Of a stretch of DNA of 64,000 nucleotides, positions 22,295 through 30,389 are shown piece after piece (the stretch's first letter is position 1; each line of letters starts with the position of its first letter). The position numbers were made by a program, and so were the translations under genes. Location of the stretch: positions 10,220 through 74,219 of the IMG/VR virus record IMGVR_UViG_3300023179_000082; one strand, 5' to 3'. The notes under the pieces are model-generated. The model did not search any database. It saw only the letters and a list, made by a program, of their open reading frames with translations, and was not told the origin of the DNA. The stretch comes from a virus.

Positions 22295-24757
22295 TTACCA
22301 TATTCCTCCACCGAAACCTGCATTGGTGCTACCTTGTAATAATTTTCCTGTTGCATAATCACGTAAACTGAATTTATTACTTATCGTTCGACGTGTGACC
22401 ATTGGATGGAAAGTTAGCTGTATTTGTATCTTGGTTGGTATACGTGTTGTTTCACCTGTAATTACTGTTCTAAATTCAGGAGGACGATTTAATGCACCTT
22501 TTTCTAATCTACTGCCAACTAAACGATTAAATTGTGTCAAAAATGGATTAGTTGATGTTGCAGGTGGGCTTAAATTAGGATTATTACTTTGTCTTATTCC
22601 TCCACTAACTGATCCTGCCATAATATAATCAACATCATTAGGTAATGTATAATTAAAACTTGACAACACCATGGGATGATTATCAAATTGATATTCTCCA
22701 TATCCACTCAAATATAATAAAGGTGGTGGTGTACCTGCTTTAGGTGCTTGGTCTTGTCCATAAAACATTTTTGCAGCACTACGGAAAAAATGTATTACTG
22801 CTCGTAAGTAAATTGCTTCAGCTACGTTTTGTGCAGTGAAATCACCTGTAATACCAATATCACTTACTGCGCTACCACGATATGAAAATATTTTATAGTT
22901 ACTATGTGTAGGTTCAGTTGCGTCATAGTTTGCACTATAGGTTAATTGAACCGATGGTAGGTATGGAAATATAACACCATTGGTTGATTGTAATGGAAAT
23001 AATATATCTTTATTACTTATTTTTGGGTCTTTGTATAGATAGGTTGCACTTGGTGCTAAACTAATTCGTACACGCCAATCAGCAGCTTTTTGAAATTTTA
23101 CAGCAGGTGATTGATTACTGTTATTAGAATCACCAACAAATTGATCTTGATTAGGAGCAGCACGAACTCCGATGGTTGCGCCTGGACCGATCTCCTCCCC
23201 TCCTGCGCCATATTCATCTTCAGCAAATGCAGGATCAATACTTGGTGTATCAATTCCTTCCATAGCTGCAAGACCTGCATCACTATTAGGGTCAATGGTT
23301 TCCTGACTACGTGGTATGGGAGCATCATCAAAGTCAACAAAGTTTTCACCACTTGTAGCAGGATCAATCGCAGGTGGTTCATTATATATTTGTCCATTAG
23401 CTTCAAGAAATGCTGCTTCATCTTGTGTCTGTGGAGTAAGTGTAATTGCAGGATCATCCGCAACCACTTGTGGCGTAGGGTTGTTAACACCTGCGGGGGC
23501 TGATTCAGCAGTTTCAGCATTTGCAGTGGAAACATTGATAGCAGTTTGATAATTTTGTATTTCTGATGCTATAGAATTTTGCTCTAAAGCAAGCGTACTA
23601 TTTTGATTATTTAAAGCAGCAAGTTGTTGCTCTGCTTCATTTCTTGCATCAGGTGAAGTATTTGGGTTGGAAATTTGTTCACGTAATTGAACAATTTCTA
23701 AATCATTTTGTACTCGTTGTTGCGTAGTGCTTGCTAACCTTGCCTCAGCTTCAGATTTTTGTTGTTGTGCTTGTAATGCTTGCCCACGCCATTCTGCTGC
23801 AATATCTGAAGATGTAACTTGTGACGGTGTATTTGCTGCCGTATTTGGGTTAGTGTTAGGGTCACTTGCGGGGTCAATAGTTGTATTCGTTGAAGTTACA
23901 GGATTATTGTCTACCGTAACACTTAATCCTGATGGTGTAGTCAATGATGAAGTGCCATTATTGTTATTGACAACTTGTAATCTTAGATTGCCATTAGTTT
24001 GGGTGGTAATTCCTGCTTCAGGTAATGCGCCTGTTATTATTGTTGGTGCAGCGTTTCCTGTATCTGTATTAACCGTTGTAACACGTGTGGTTGTTGTACT
24101 TGGTGTATAAGCAACCGTTGTTTCACCTCTTGTTTGTGCAGCCTGTGCTTGACTTTCTAAAGCAATACCCTGATTTGCTAATTCCGATGCTCGATCAAAA
24201 CGTTGATCAGCAGATAATGATCTAATTTCAACTACTTGCGCTTGGCTAAGTTGTCCATTAGCCACAGCTTGTTGTAGTAATCGTTGACCTTCAGTTGTAT
24301 TGGGATCAACTAAATACAACTCTGATTGTGTTTTAAGTGCATCTGCTTTTGATTGTATTCCTTGACTTGTGGCGTTTGGCGTATCTTTTGCTCTACTAAC
24401 AGTGTAAGTTCCACCACCTGAATCAGTTGCAACTTCTGTAACAGTGGTCGTAGTTTGTGCTTTAATGCTCGATGGTATAGGATTAGCTTCCGTTCCTTTC
24501 GTACCACCTTCAACCCATTTTTCATAATTAAGTTGCTCAGTCTCTGCTTTAAAATAAGAAGTATAGTTATTAATATTAGCAGTGTAATCATTAATTTTTA
24601 CATTGTTCTCATTAATCATACGCTGATATTCAGCAGCAGTATTTGTACTACCATTAGCTAAAGCTTTTGCCTTAAGCTTTTCTAAATTAGCATTACGATT
24701 TTCAAGAACCGTTCTATTAGCTTGCAAATCTGCCTGTGATGGTACTTTTGATGACAT
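22295..24757 (-). CDS. Virion protein; C-terminal domain resembles tail-tube initiator (gp48/gp54-like), long low-complexity N-terminus
   Basis: C-terminal GVIFPYLPSVQLTYSANY...GDFTAQN...PPPLLYLSGYG...FNYTLPNDVDY. It is the first gene of the baseplate operon and has a TAAATA promoter plus SD upstream. Confidence 0.55.
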   Translation of the reverse strand: MSSKVPSQADLQANRTVLENRNANLEKLKAKALANGSTNTAAEYQRMINENNVKINDYTANINNYTSYFKAETEQLNYEKWVEGGTKGTEANPIPSSIKAQTTTTVTEVATDSGGGTYTVSRAKDTPNATSQGIQSKADALKTQSELYLVDPNTTEGQRLLQQAVANGQLSQAQVVEIRSLSADQRFDRASELANQGIALESQAQAAQTRGETTVAYTPSTTTTRVTTVNTDTGNAAPTIITGALPEAGITTQTNGNLRLQVVNNNNGTSSLTTPSGLSVTVDNNPVTSTNTTIDPASDPNTNPNTAANTPSQVTSSDIAAEWRGQALQAQQQKSEAEARLASTTQQRVQNDLEIVQLREQISNPNTSPDARNEAEQQLAALNNQNSTLALEQNSIASEIQNYQTAINVSTANAETAESAPAGVNNPTPQVVADDPAITLTPQTQDEAAFLEANGQIYNEPPAIDPATSGENFVDFDDAPIPRSQETIDPNSDAGLAAMEGIDTPSIDPAFAEDEYGAGGEEIGPGATIGVRAAPNQDQFVGDSNNSNQSPAVKFQKAADWRVRISLAPSATYLYKDPKISNKDILFPLQSTNGVIFPYLPSVQLTYSANYDATEPTHSNYKIFSYRGSAVSDIGITGDFTAQNVAEAIYLRAVIHFFRSAAKMFYGQDQAPKAGTPPPLLYLSGYGEYQFDNHPMVLSSFNYTLPNDVDYIMAGSVSGGIRQSNNPNLSPPATSTNPFLTQFNRLVGSRLEKGALNRPPEFRTVITGETTRIPTKIQIQLTFHPMVTRRTISNKFSLRDYATGKLLQGSTNAGFGGGIW

Positions 24758-24914
24758 AACTCTACCCTTATTCTTATATTTATTATTTTAAAAAGTCGTA
24801 TTTTTATCTATAATAGTCGTAGTAAATAATTCTCTAACTCCTGTATAAATCCAAATTTCTTGATTTTTTGTTGTAACTGTGCAACAATACAGGTATTATA
24901 ACATTTGGAACCCT

Positions 24915-25790
24915 ATGACAGTCATTAAATACCTTAATAATAAGGACATACTCAAAGAAATACATTTAAGCAAGAATACCTACTGCAGTTTTACTGAACC
25001 ACAAGACCATCAATATGATTATATTATTGATTATGAAGAAGGTGTTATACTTGAAGACAGTTTAAAAATTGCGCTTAAGCCTGAAGTCATACAAAAAGCA
25101 AAAGAAAATCGTGCCTATCGTTTAGGCATAGAAAGTGGTACAAAAATTGACCCTACTACAATTGAACACAGTGACCTAGTATTCAGAGTGATGACATGGG
25201 ATCATATTCCACTAGCACCAAAACAATCACGTAAAGTTGACAAGAAGAAATCAGCACGTGAATTATTTGATTTTGAATTTGATGATGAACCACTTTTTGA
25301 TGATTTAGACGATCCAAAATTAAACAAAGAAATGGGCATGAGTGATATGAGTCATGTTCGTGTTAATTTTCCACCCTTCCAACATTTTAAATACGCAGTA
25401 GCAGGTAATCAAATGTACTGTGTTGGTAAATCACATTGGAAAGGAGATATTTACACAGGATATTTTGACAAAGATAAAGGTCAAATTACTAATAAACTAG
25501 CTAAAATGTATCTTATGCTATGCGAAAAGTATGCCATGAGGTTTAATTGGCGTGGATATACCTACAATGATGAAATGCGTGGAGCAGCTATTTTACAATT
25601 GACTTATGTTGGTTTACGCTTTAACGAAGCTAAATCAAGTAATCCATTTGCTTACTATACCGCAGCTATTACTAATTCATTCTGTCGAGTATTGAATACA
25701 GAAAAGAAAAATCAAGGCATACGTGATGATATCCTAGAAGCTAATGGGTTAAACCCAAGTTGGTCACGTCAGTTTGCTGAAGAATCCTAA
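24915..25790 (+). CDS. gp55: Late-transcription sigma factor (T4 gp55-like)
   Basis: YLNNKDILKEI N-terminus and NWRGYTYNDEM...RFNEAKSSNPFAYYTAAITNSFCRVLNTEKK are gp55 motifs. The 55-47-46 order matches T4. ATG 24915 is preferred over GTG 24879. Confidence 0.85.
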   Translation: MTVIKYLNNKDILKEIHLSKNTYCSFTEPQDHQYDYIIDYEEGVILEDSLKIALKPEVIQKAKENRAYRLGIESGTKIDPTTIEHSDLVFRVMTWDHIPLAPKQSRKVDKKKSARELFDFEFDDEPLFDDLDDPKLNKEMGMSDMSHVRVNFPPFQHFKYAVAGNQMYCVGKSHWKGDIYTGYFDKDKGQITNKLAKMYLMLCEKYAMRFNWRGYTYNDEMRGAAILQLTYVGLRFNEAKSSNPFAYYTAAITNSFCRVLNTEKKNQGIRDDILEANGLNPSWSRQFAEES

Positions 25791-25794
25791 TTAG

Positions 25795-25823
25795 TTGACA
25801 CTGTGGCAATCTTTATATAGATT
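25795..25823 (+). promoter_or_regulatory. Sigma70-type promoter (TTGACA-17bp-TAGATT) for gp47/gp46/resolvase
   Basis: Perfect -35 at 25795-25800, a 17-nt spacer, and -10 at 25818-25823, 6 nt before ATG 25830. Confidence 0.6.
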
Positions 25824-25829
25824 GTATTG

Positions 25830-26846
25830 ATGAGTAATTTATTTAAAAAAGCAGCAGTTTTTACAGACATACACTACGGTTTAAAGAACAATAGTATACA
25901 ACATAATGAAGACTGCCTAAAATTTACGGATTGGTTTATCTCCAATGCTAAAAAACATGGGTGTGAAACATGTTTTTTTCTAGGAGACTACCATCACAAT
26001 CGTGCTACTATCAATGTACTTACCCTTAACTATAGCTTAAAAGGGTTAGAAAAACTTAACGAAAGCTTTGAACGGGTGTATTTTATACCTGGAAATCATG
26101 ATTTGTATTACAGAGATAAACGTGATATACAAAGTGTAGAATGGGCACGTTACTTACCTAACGTAGAAATTTGCAATGATTGGGTGGTTCGTGATGATGT
26201 AGTTATTGCACCATGGTTATGCGGTGATGACTACAAACATATACCAAAATTACAAGGCAAATATTTGTTTGGTCATTTTGAACTACCAACTTTTTATATG
26301 AATGCTATGGTAGAAATGCCCGATCATGGCGAAATCAATCGCAATGACTTGCATCATTTTGACCATGTTTTTACAGGACATTTCCATAAACGCCAAACTA
26401 AAGGAAACGTAACATATATTGGAAACGCATTTCCGCATAATTATAGTGATGTAAATGATGATGAGCGTGGTATGATGATTTTAGAATGGGGAGCAAAACC
26501 AATTTTTGAAAGTTGGCCTAATCAACCTAAATTTCGTTCATATACTTTATCGGAAATTTTAGATAAGCCTGATGATTTACTCATACCTAATTCTAATGTA
26601 CGTATTACTATAGACAAAGAAATAAGCTATGAAGAATCAAGTACCATTAAGGAAACAATCATGAATGAATATAAATTACGTGAAATGACTATGATTCCAC
26701 AACGTGTTGATATTGAAACTGACACTACAGAACATGTAAACTTGCAATTTCAATCAGTTGATGCCATTGTATTATCTCAAATAGAACAACTAGATGCAGG
26801 TGCTTATGATAAGCAACTGTTACTTAATATCTACAAAAACTTATGA
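25830..26846 (+). CDS. gp47: Recombination/repair nuclease subunit (gp47 / Mre11-SbcD family metallophosphoesterase)
   Basis: Phosphoesterase motifs FTDIHYG, FLGDYHH, PGNHD, FGHFE and GHFH. Confidence 0.92.
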   Translation: MSNLFKKAAVFTDIHYGLKNNSIQHNEDCLKFTDWFISNAKKHGCETCFFLGDYHHNRATINVLTLNYSLKGLEKLNESFERVYFIPGNHDLYYRDKRDIQSVEWARYLPNVEICNDWVVRDDVVIAPWLCGDDYKHIPKLQGKYLFGHFELPTFYMNAMVEMPDHGEINRNDLHHFDHVFTGHFHKRQTKGNVTYIGNAFPHNYSDVNDDERGMMILEWGAKPIFESWPNQPKFRSYTLSEILDKPDDLLIPNSNVRITIDKEISYEESSTIKETIMNEYKLREMTMIPQRVDIETDTTEHVNLQFQSVDAIVLSQIEQLDAGAYDKQLLLNIYKNL

Positions 26847-29008
26847 TTATTATTAAAGAACTAACAATTAAGAACTTCTTATCTGTTGGCAATGTAACAC
26901 AAAAAATACACTTCAATCGCAGTGACCTTACTCTTATACTAGGCGAAAACCGTGATTTAGGCGGGGATGGTGCACGTAATGGCACAGGAAAATCAACGAT
27001 AGTACAAGCTTTATGCTATGCATTATATGGTACTGTGCTGAATAATATCAAAAAAGATAACCTAATTAACCTAACTAATGGTAAAGGTATGCTTGTTACC
27101 GTTGATTTTGAGGTGAATGGTAGTGAATATCGTATTGAACGTGGTCGTAAACCAAATACACTTAAGTTTTTTGTTGATAATACTGAACAAGAATTTAGTG
27201 AAGATGAAAATGAAAGTCAAGGTGATAGTCGTGAAACACAGCTTACTATTGAGTCTGTTATTGGTATTTCTGCTGAGATGTTTAAGCATATTGTTGCCTT
27301 AAACACTTATAATGAACCATTTCTTGCACTTAAAGCAGCAGACCAACGTGAAATTATTGAACAATTACTTGGTATTACATTGCTTTCTGAAAAAGCAGAA
27401 GGTATCAAAGAACTTAATCGTAACGTAAAAGAACAAATTCAAGCAGAAGAATTTAAAATACGTGGCTTGCAAGATGCTAATACTAAAATTCAAGAACAAA
27501 TTGATAGCCTAAAACGTAGACAAACACTATGGTTGGCTAAGAAAGATGAAGATATTACCACATATACTAATCAATTAATAGAATTGTATAAGATTGATAT
27601 CGATCAAGAAATAGCATCACATCGTTCTTTGGTTACTTATAATGATAACCAAACCAAATTAACCACTGCCAAAACGCACTTAGATAGTGAAATGGCTAAA
27701 CTTAGTAAACGTTATAACGATGCAGTCATTGCCTACAAACGTGAAAAAGACACAATAGTCACACAAATGAACAGTTTGAAAAATATTGATATACATATCG
27801 AAATTTCAAACTTGAAAATTATTTCTGAAATTAGAGAAAAAACAATTACACGTGACAATACTAAGAAATTATTTGATGCTAGTAACGCTACTTGCACACG
27901 CTTAAGCAAAGATATTGCTATTATTAACGCAGAATTAGTTAAATTATACGATCACAAATGCTATGCATGTGGACAAGATTATCATGATGAAACACATAAA
28001 TTTACGCTAAAGAGCAAAGAAAATCAATTAGCTGAACTACAAGCTGATTTAGCTACAGCAGAAAATCAATCGCAAGAATATAATACAATATTAAATGGTA
28101 TTGGTACGATTCCATCCATTCCTGCTGTTCATTATAAAACGTTAGAAGATGCCATCAATCATAAGTCAACAATTGATTCATTAGCTGATAAAACCATAAA
28201 ATTACAGGAAAACTTTAACAAAACCCAAAGTTTGTATGAAAATGATGTGGATGCTTTGAACAAGCAATATGATGATACTGTGCGTGAAATCGGTGAACTT
28301 GGTACAAAACCTGTTACAGTGTATAAAACATTGGAACAAGCATTAAAACATCAAAGTACGGTAGAAAAGTTAGAGCAATCGTTAGAAAGACGTGTAGAAG
28401 AAGTTGACCCATACAGTGATCAAATCAATGATATGGAGAGTAATAGTATTACTGAAATATCTTATACTATGTTAAATCAGTTAACTACTACGTTAAAGCA
28501 TCAAGAATACTTGCTTGATTTGCTCACTAATAAGAAATCCTTTGTTCGTAAGAAAATTATTGAACAAAATCTAAATTATTTGAATAGTCGTTTGACATTA
28601 TATTTGGATAAGATGGGTTTACCGCATCGTGTTAAGTTTCAAAATGATTTATCGGTTGAAATTACTGAACTTGGGCGTGAGTTAAGTTATGGTAATTTTA
28701 GTCGTGGTGAAAGCACAAGGTTAATATTATCCCTATCATTTGCTTTTAGGGATGTATGGGAAAATCTATATCAAGGTATTAATTTATTGTTTGTTGATGA
28801 AATGATAGACAATGGATTAGATAGTGTTGGTGTAGAAAATGCGATTGGATTGTTTAAAGAGCTAGGCAGACGCAGAGATAAGTCAGTGTGGTTAATTTCA
28901 CATCGTGACGATTTAATGAGTCGTGTTGGTAACGTGTTACATGTCATCAAAGAGGGTGGATTTACACGGTATAGTCATATGAATGAAAAAATTGCAGTAG
29001 CAGTATAG
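26843..29008 (+). CDS. gp46: Recombination/repair ATPase subunit (gp46 / Rad50-SbcC family)
   Basis: Walker A NGTGKS, coiled coil with CYAC zinc hook, signature FSRGE, Walker B LLFVDE and ISH motif. ATGA overlap with gp47. Confidence 0.92.
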   Translation: MIIIKELTIKNFLSVGNVTQKIHFNRSDLTLILGENRDLGGDGARNGTGKSTIVQALCYALYGTVLNNIKKDNLINLTNGKGMLVTVDFEVNGSEYRIERGRKPNTLKFFVDNTEQEFSEDENESQGDSRETQLTIESVIGISAEMFKHIVALNTYNEPFLALKAADQREIIEQLLGITLLSEKAEGIKELNRNVKEQIQAEEFKIRGLQDANTKIQEQIDSLKRRQTLWLAKKDEDITTYTNQLIELYKIDIDQEIASHRSLVTYNDNQTKLTTAKTHLDSEMAKLSKRYNDAVIAYKREKDTIVTQMNSLKNIDIHIEISNLKIISEIREKTITRDNTKKLFDASNATCTRLSKDIAIINAELVKLYDHKCYACGQDYHDETHKFTLKSKENQLAELQADLATAENQSQEYNTILNGIGTIPSIPAVHYKTLEDAINHKSTIDSLADKTIKLQENFNKTQSLYENDVDALNKQYDDTVREIGELGTKPVTVYKTLEQALKHQSTVEKLEQSLERRVEEVDPYSDQINDMESNSITEISYTMLNQLTTTLKHQEYLLDLLTNKKSFVRKKIIEQNLNYLNSRLTLYLDKMGLPHRVKFQNDLSVEITELGRELSYGNFSRGESTRLILSLSFAFRDVWENLYQGINLLFVDEMIDNGLDSVGVENAIGLFKELGRRRDKSVWLISHRDDLMSRVGNVLHVIKEGGFTRYSHMNEKIAVAV

Positions 29009-29024
29009 TGTAATAAGTATCGAT

Positions 29025-29534
29025 ATGCCATCAGCAAGTAAAATTAAGGGTAGTACATTTGAGCGAGAAATAGCCAAATATCTATCAGATTTGTATAAAG
29101 AATCCTTTATACGTGTCCCCAATAGTGGCGCATTTATTGGTGGTATAAACACAAGTCGCAAAGAATTTTTGCATGAAGGTCAGGTAAGAAGCTTCAAAGG
29201 TGATATCATCCCAGGCGAATCTTTCAAACTCCTCAACATTGAATGTAAAAACTATGGTGATTTTTCCTTTCATCAATTACTAACTAGTTGCAAAGTATTA
29301 GATAATTGGTTAGACCAATTGATGGAAGTAAGTGATGAGCATGATTTAAATGTACTTTTTATGAAATTCAATCGTAAAGGTCGTTATATTGCTGTACAAT
29401 GGCATCATCAGTGGGAATTAATCAATTACAGTGTTTACAAAAACAATACCCATGGTATATGGGTTATATCAGAATTAGAACATTTTTTTAAATTAAACTC
29501 AGGTCGTTTTAAACTTTTATCTCAACATACTTAG
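29025..29534 (+). CDS. Holliday-junction resolvase-like PD-(D/E)xK nuclease
   Basis: SKIKGSTFEREIAKYL...RVPNSGA...GDII...IECKNY follows the Hjc-type pattern. Confidence 0.75.
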   Translation: MPSASKIKGSTFEREIAKYLSDLYKESFIRVPNSGAFIGGINTSRKEFLHEGQVRSFKGDIIPGESFKLLNIECKNYGDFSFHQLLTSCKVLDNWLDQLMEVSDEHDLNVLFMKFNRKGRYIAVQWHHQWELINYSVYKNNTHGIWVISELEHFFKLNSGRFKLLSQHT

Positions 29535-29578
29535 GTCTCCTTAGGTCTAACATCTTACTTTTACTCCAATTTAGGTCT
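29531..29578 (+). repeat. Three direct repeats of TTAGGTCT at 29531, 29541 and 29571
   Basis: Exact 8-mers spaced 10 and 30 bp apart. Confidence 0.8.
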
Positions 29579-29592
29579 TTATTATAGAACAA

Positions 29593-30043
29593 TAGGTTTG
29601 GTTGCATGACCTGTAACGCAACGTAGGTACACTAATTAAAGTTGGTTAATGCCTTGGCTGAGTTCTACAGCAGCTTCAATAGACTATCCCCAAGACCCAT
29701 GTGGTTGTAAGGACGCTATAAACGGATGCCCATTGGTAGTCACGTTTCTATTGTCGTAATAGTTGAATCTACTGTAAAGTAGGTTAGGGTAAAAAGTATT
29801 TTTTATCAAGTGCTCGATCATAATAATAGTGGAAAAGGGTCGAGACTGTGTTAATAGCTAACTCACTGAGGTTATTAACGTTACAGTGTATGCGGTGTGT
29901 TTCTTGTACAAACAAGTTTTGGGGTGATATAGTCAAACCTACCTGAATAAAATGCACGAAGTGAGCACCTTCTACGAGAGTGGGCGGGGAAGAAGAACCA
30001 AATGTGTGGATTATTGCAACTGTAAAAAGTTACATTTATCCAC
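29593..30043 (+). ncRNA. Candidate large structured non-coding RNA (family unknown)
   Basis: No ORF of 60 aa or more in the track. It contains many helices whose non-Watson-Crick pairs are mostly G-U on the + strand, GNRA tetraloops (GUAA 29774-29777, GAGA 29976-29979) and long-range pairings (29682-29696 with 29916-29934, or 29593-29604 with 29930-29941). Boundaries are approximate. Confidence 0.55.
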
Positions 30044-30134
30044 CTTTTTGCAAAAAAGATAAACGGAAAAATAATAATAAAAAAAAATATGAGTGTACGT
30101 GGCTGAAGCGATAGCGTAAGCTTAGTACACGAAT

Positions 30135-30153
30135 AGATGACCTTTGGTCATCT
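30135..30153. terminator. Perfect hairpin AGATGACC-TTT-GGTCATCT at the point of convergent transcription
   Basis: 8-bp inverted repeat abutting the stop codon of the minus-strand gene 30153..30380. No long U-tract is adjacent, so a terminator role is tentative. Confidence 0.45.
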
Positions 30154-30380
30154 TAAAAGAATGGTAATCCACTTTTCTTAGTAACTTCTAGATTTTCATC
30201 AATTAACTTGTTAATAATATTAGTTTCAGTTGGTGAAAGATTCATAGCATCAACATATGATAATGAACCACGCATATACCATGCTGCTTTTAAAGCATTG
30301 CGTTTAATAATAGTAACTTCTTCTTCGTATCCTTTTACTAGCTTCTCTATATCATCTTGTGATAGATAGAGAAGCCTCAT
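30153..30380 (-). CDS. Small tail/hub assembly chaperone segment (gp51-like or lambda 'T'-like); probably also translated as a -1 frameshift extension of the upstream gene
   Basis: WYMRGSLSYVDAMNLSPTE motif, ATGA overlap with the upstream gene, no obvious SD, and position in the -1 frame right after a slippery heptamer. Confidence 0.7.
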   Translation of the reverse strand: MRLLYLSQDDIEKLVKGYEEEVTIIKRNALKAAWYMRGSLSYVDAMNLSPTETNIINKLIDENLEVTKKSGLPFF

Positions 30381-30389
30381 TCGAAAAAA
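30340..30389 (-). other. Putative programmed -1 ribosomal frameshift signal (U UUU UUC + 6-nt spacer + 10-11 bp hairpin)
   Basis: The minus strand reads GAT TTT TTC GAA TGA. The heptamer is 30389-30383 and the stem GCTTCTCTAT/ATAGAGAAGC spans 30375-30341. Confidence 0.7.

Noticed and set aside
7253-24661. Short plus-strand ORFs in the track (e.g. 16072..16695, 17443..17904, 23111..23503)
   Set aside because: They are antisense shadows of long minus-strand structural genes, with no start signals or protein-like motifs.
29535-30152. tRNA, tmRNA, RNase P, group II intron or CRISPR array in the gap
   Set aside because: I saw no T-loop/cloverleaf, no tmRNA termini, no RNase P P4 words, no convincing domain V and no repeat-spacer periodicity.
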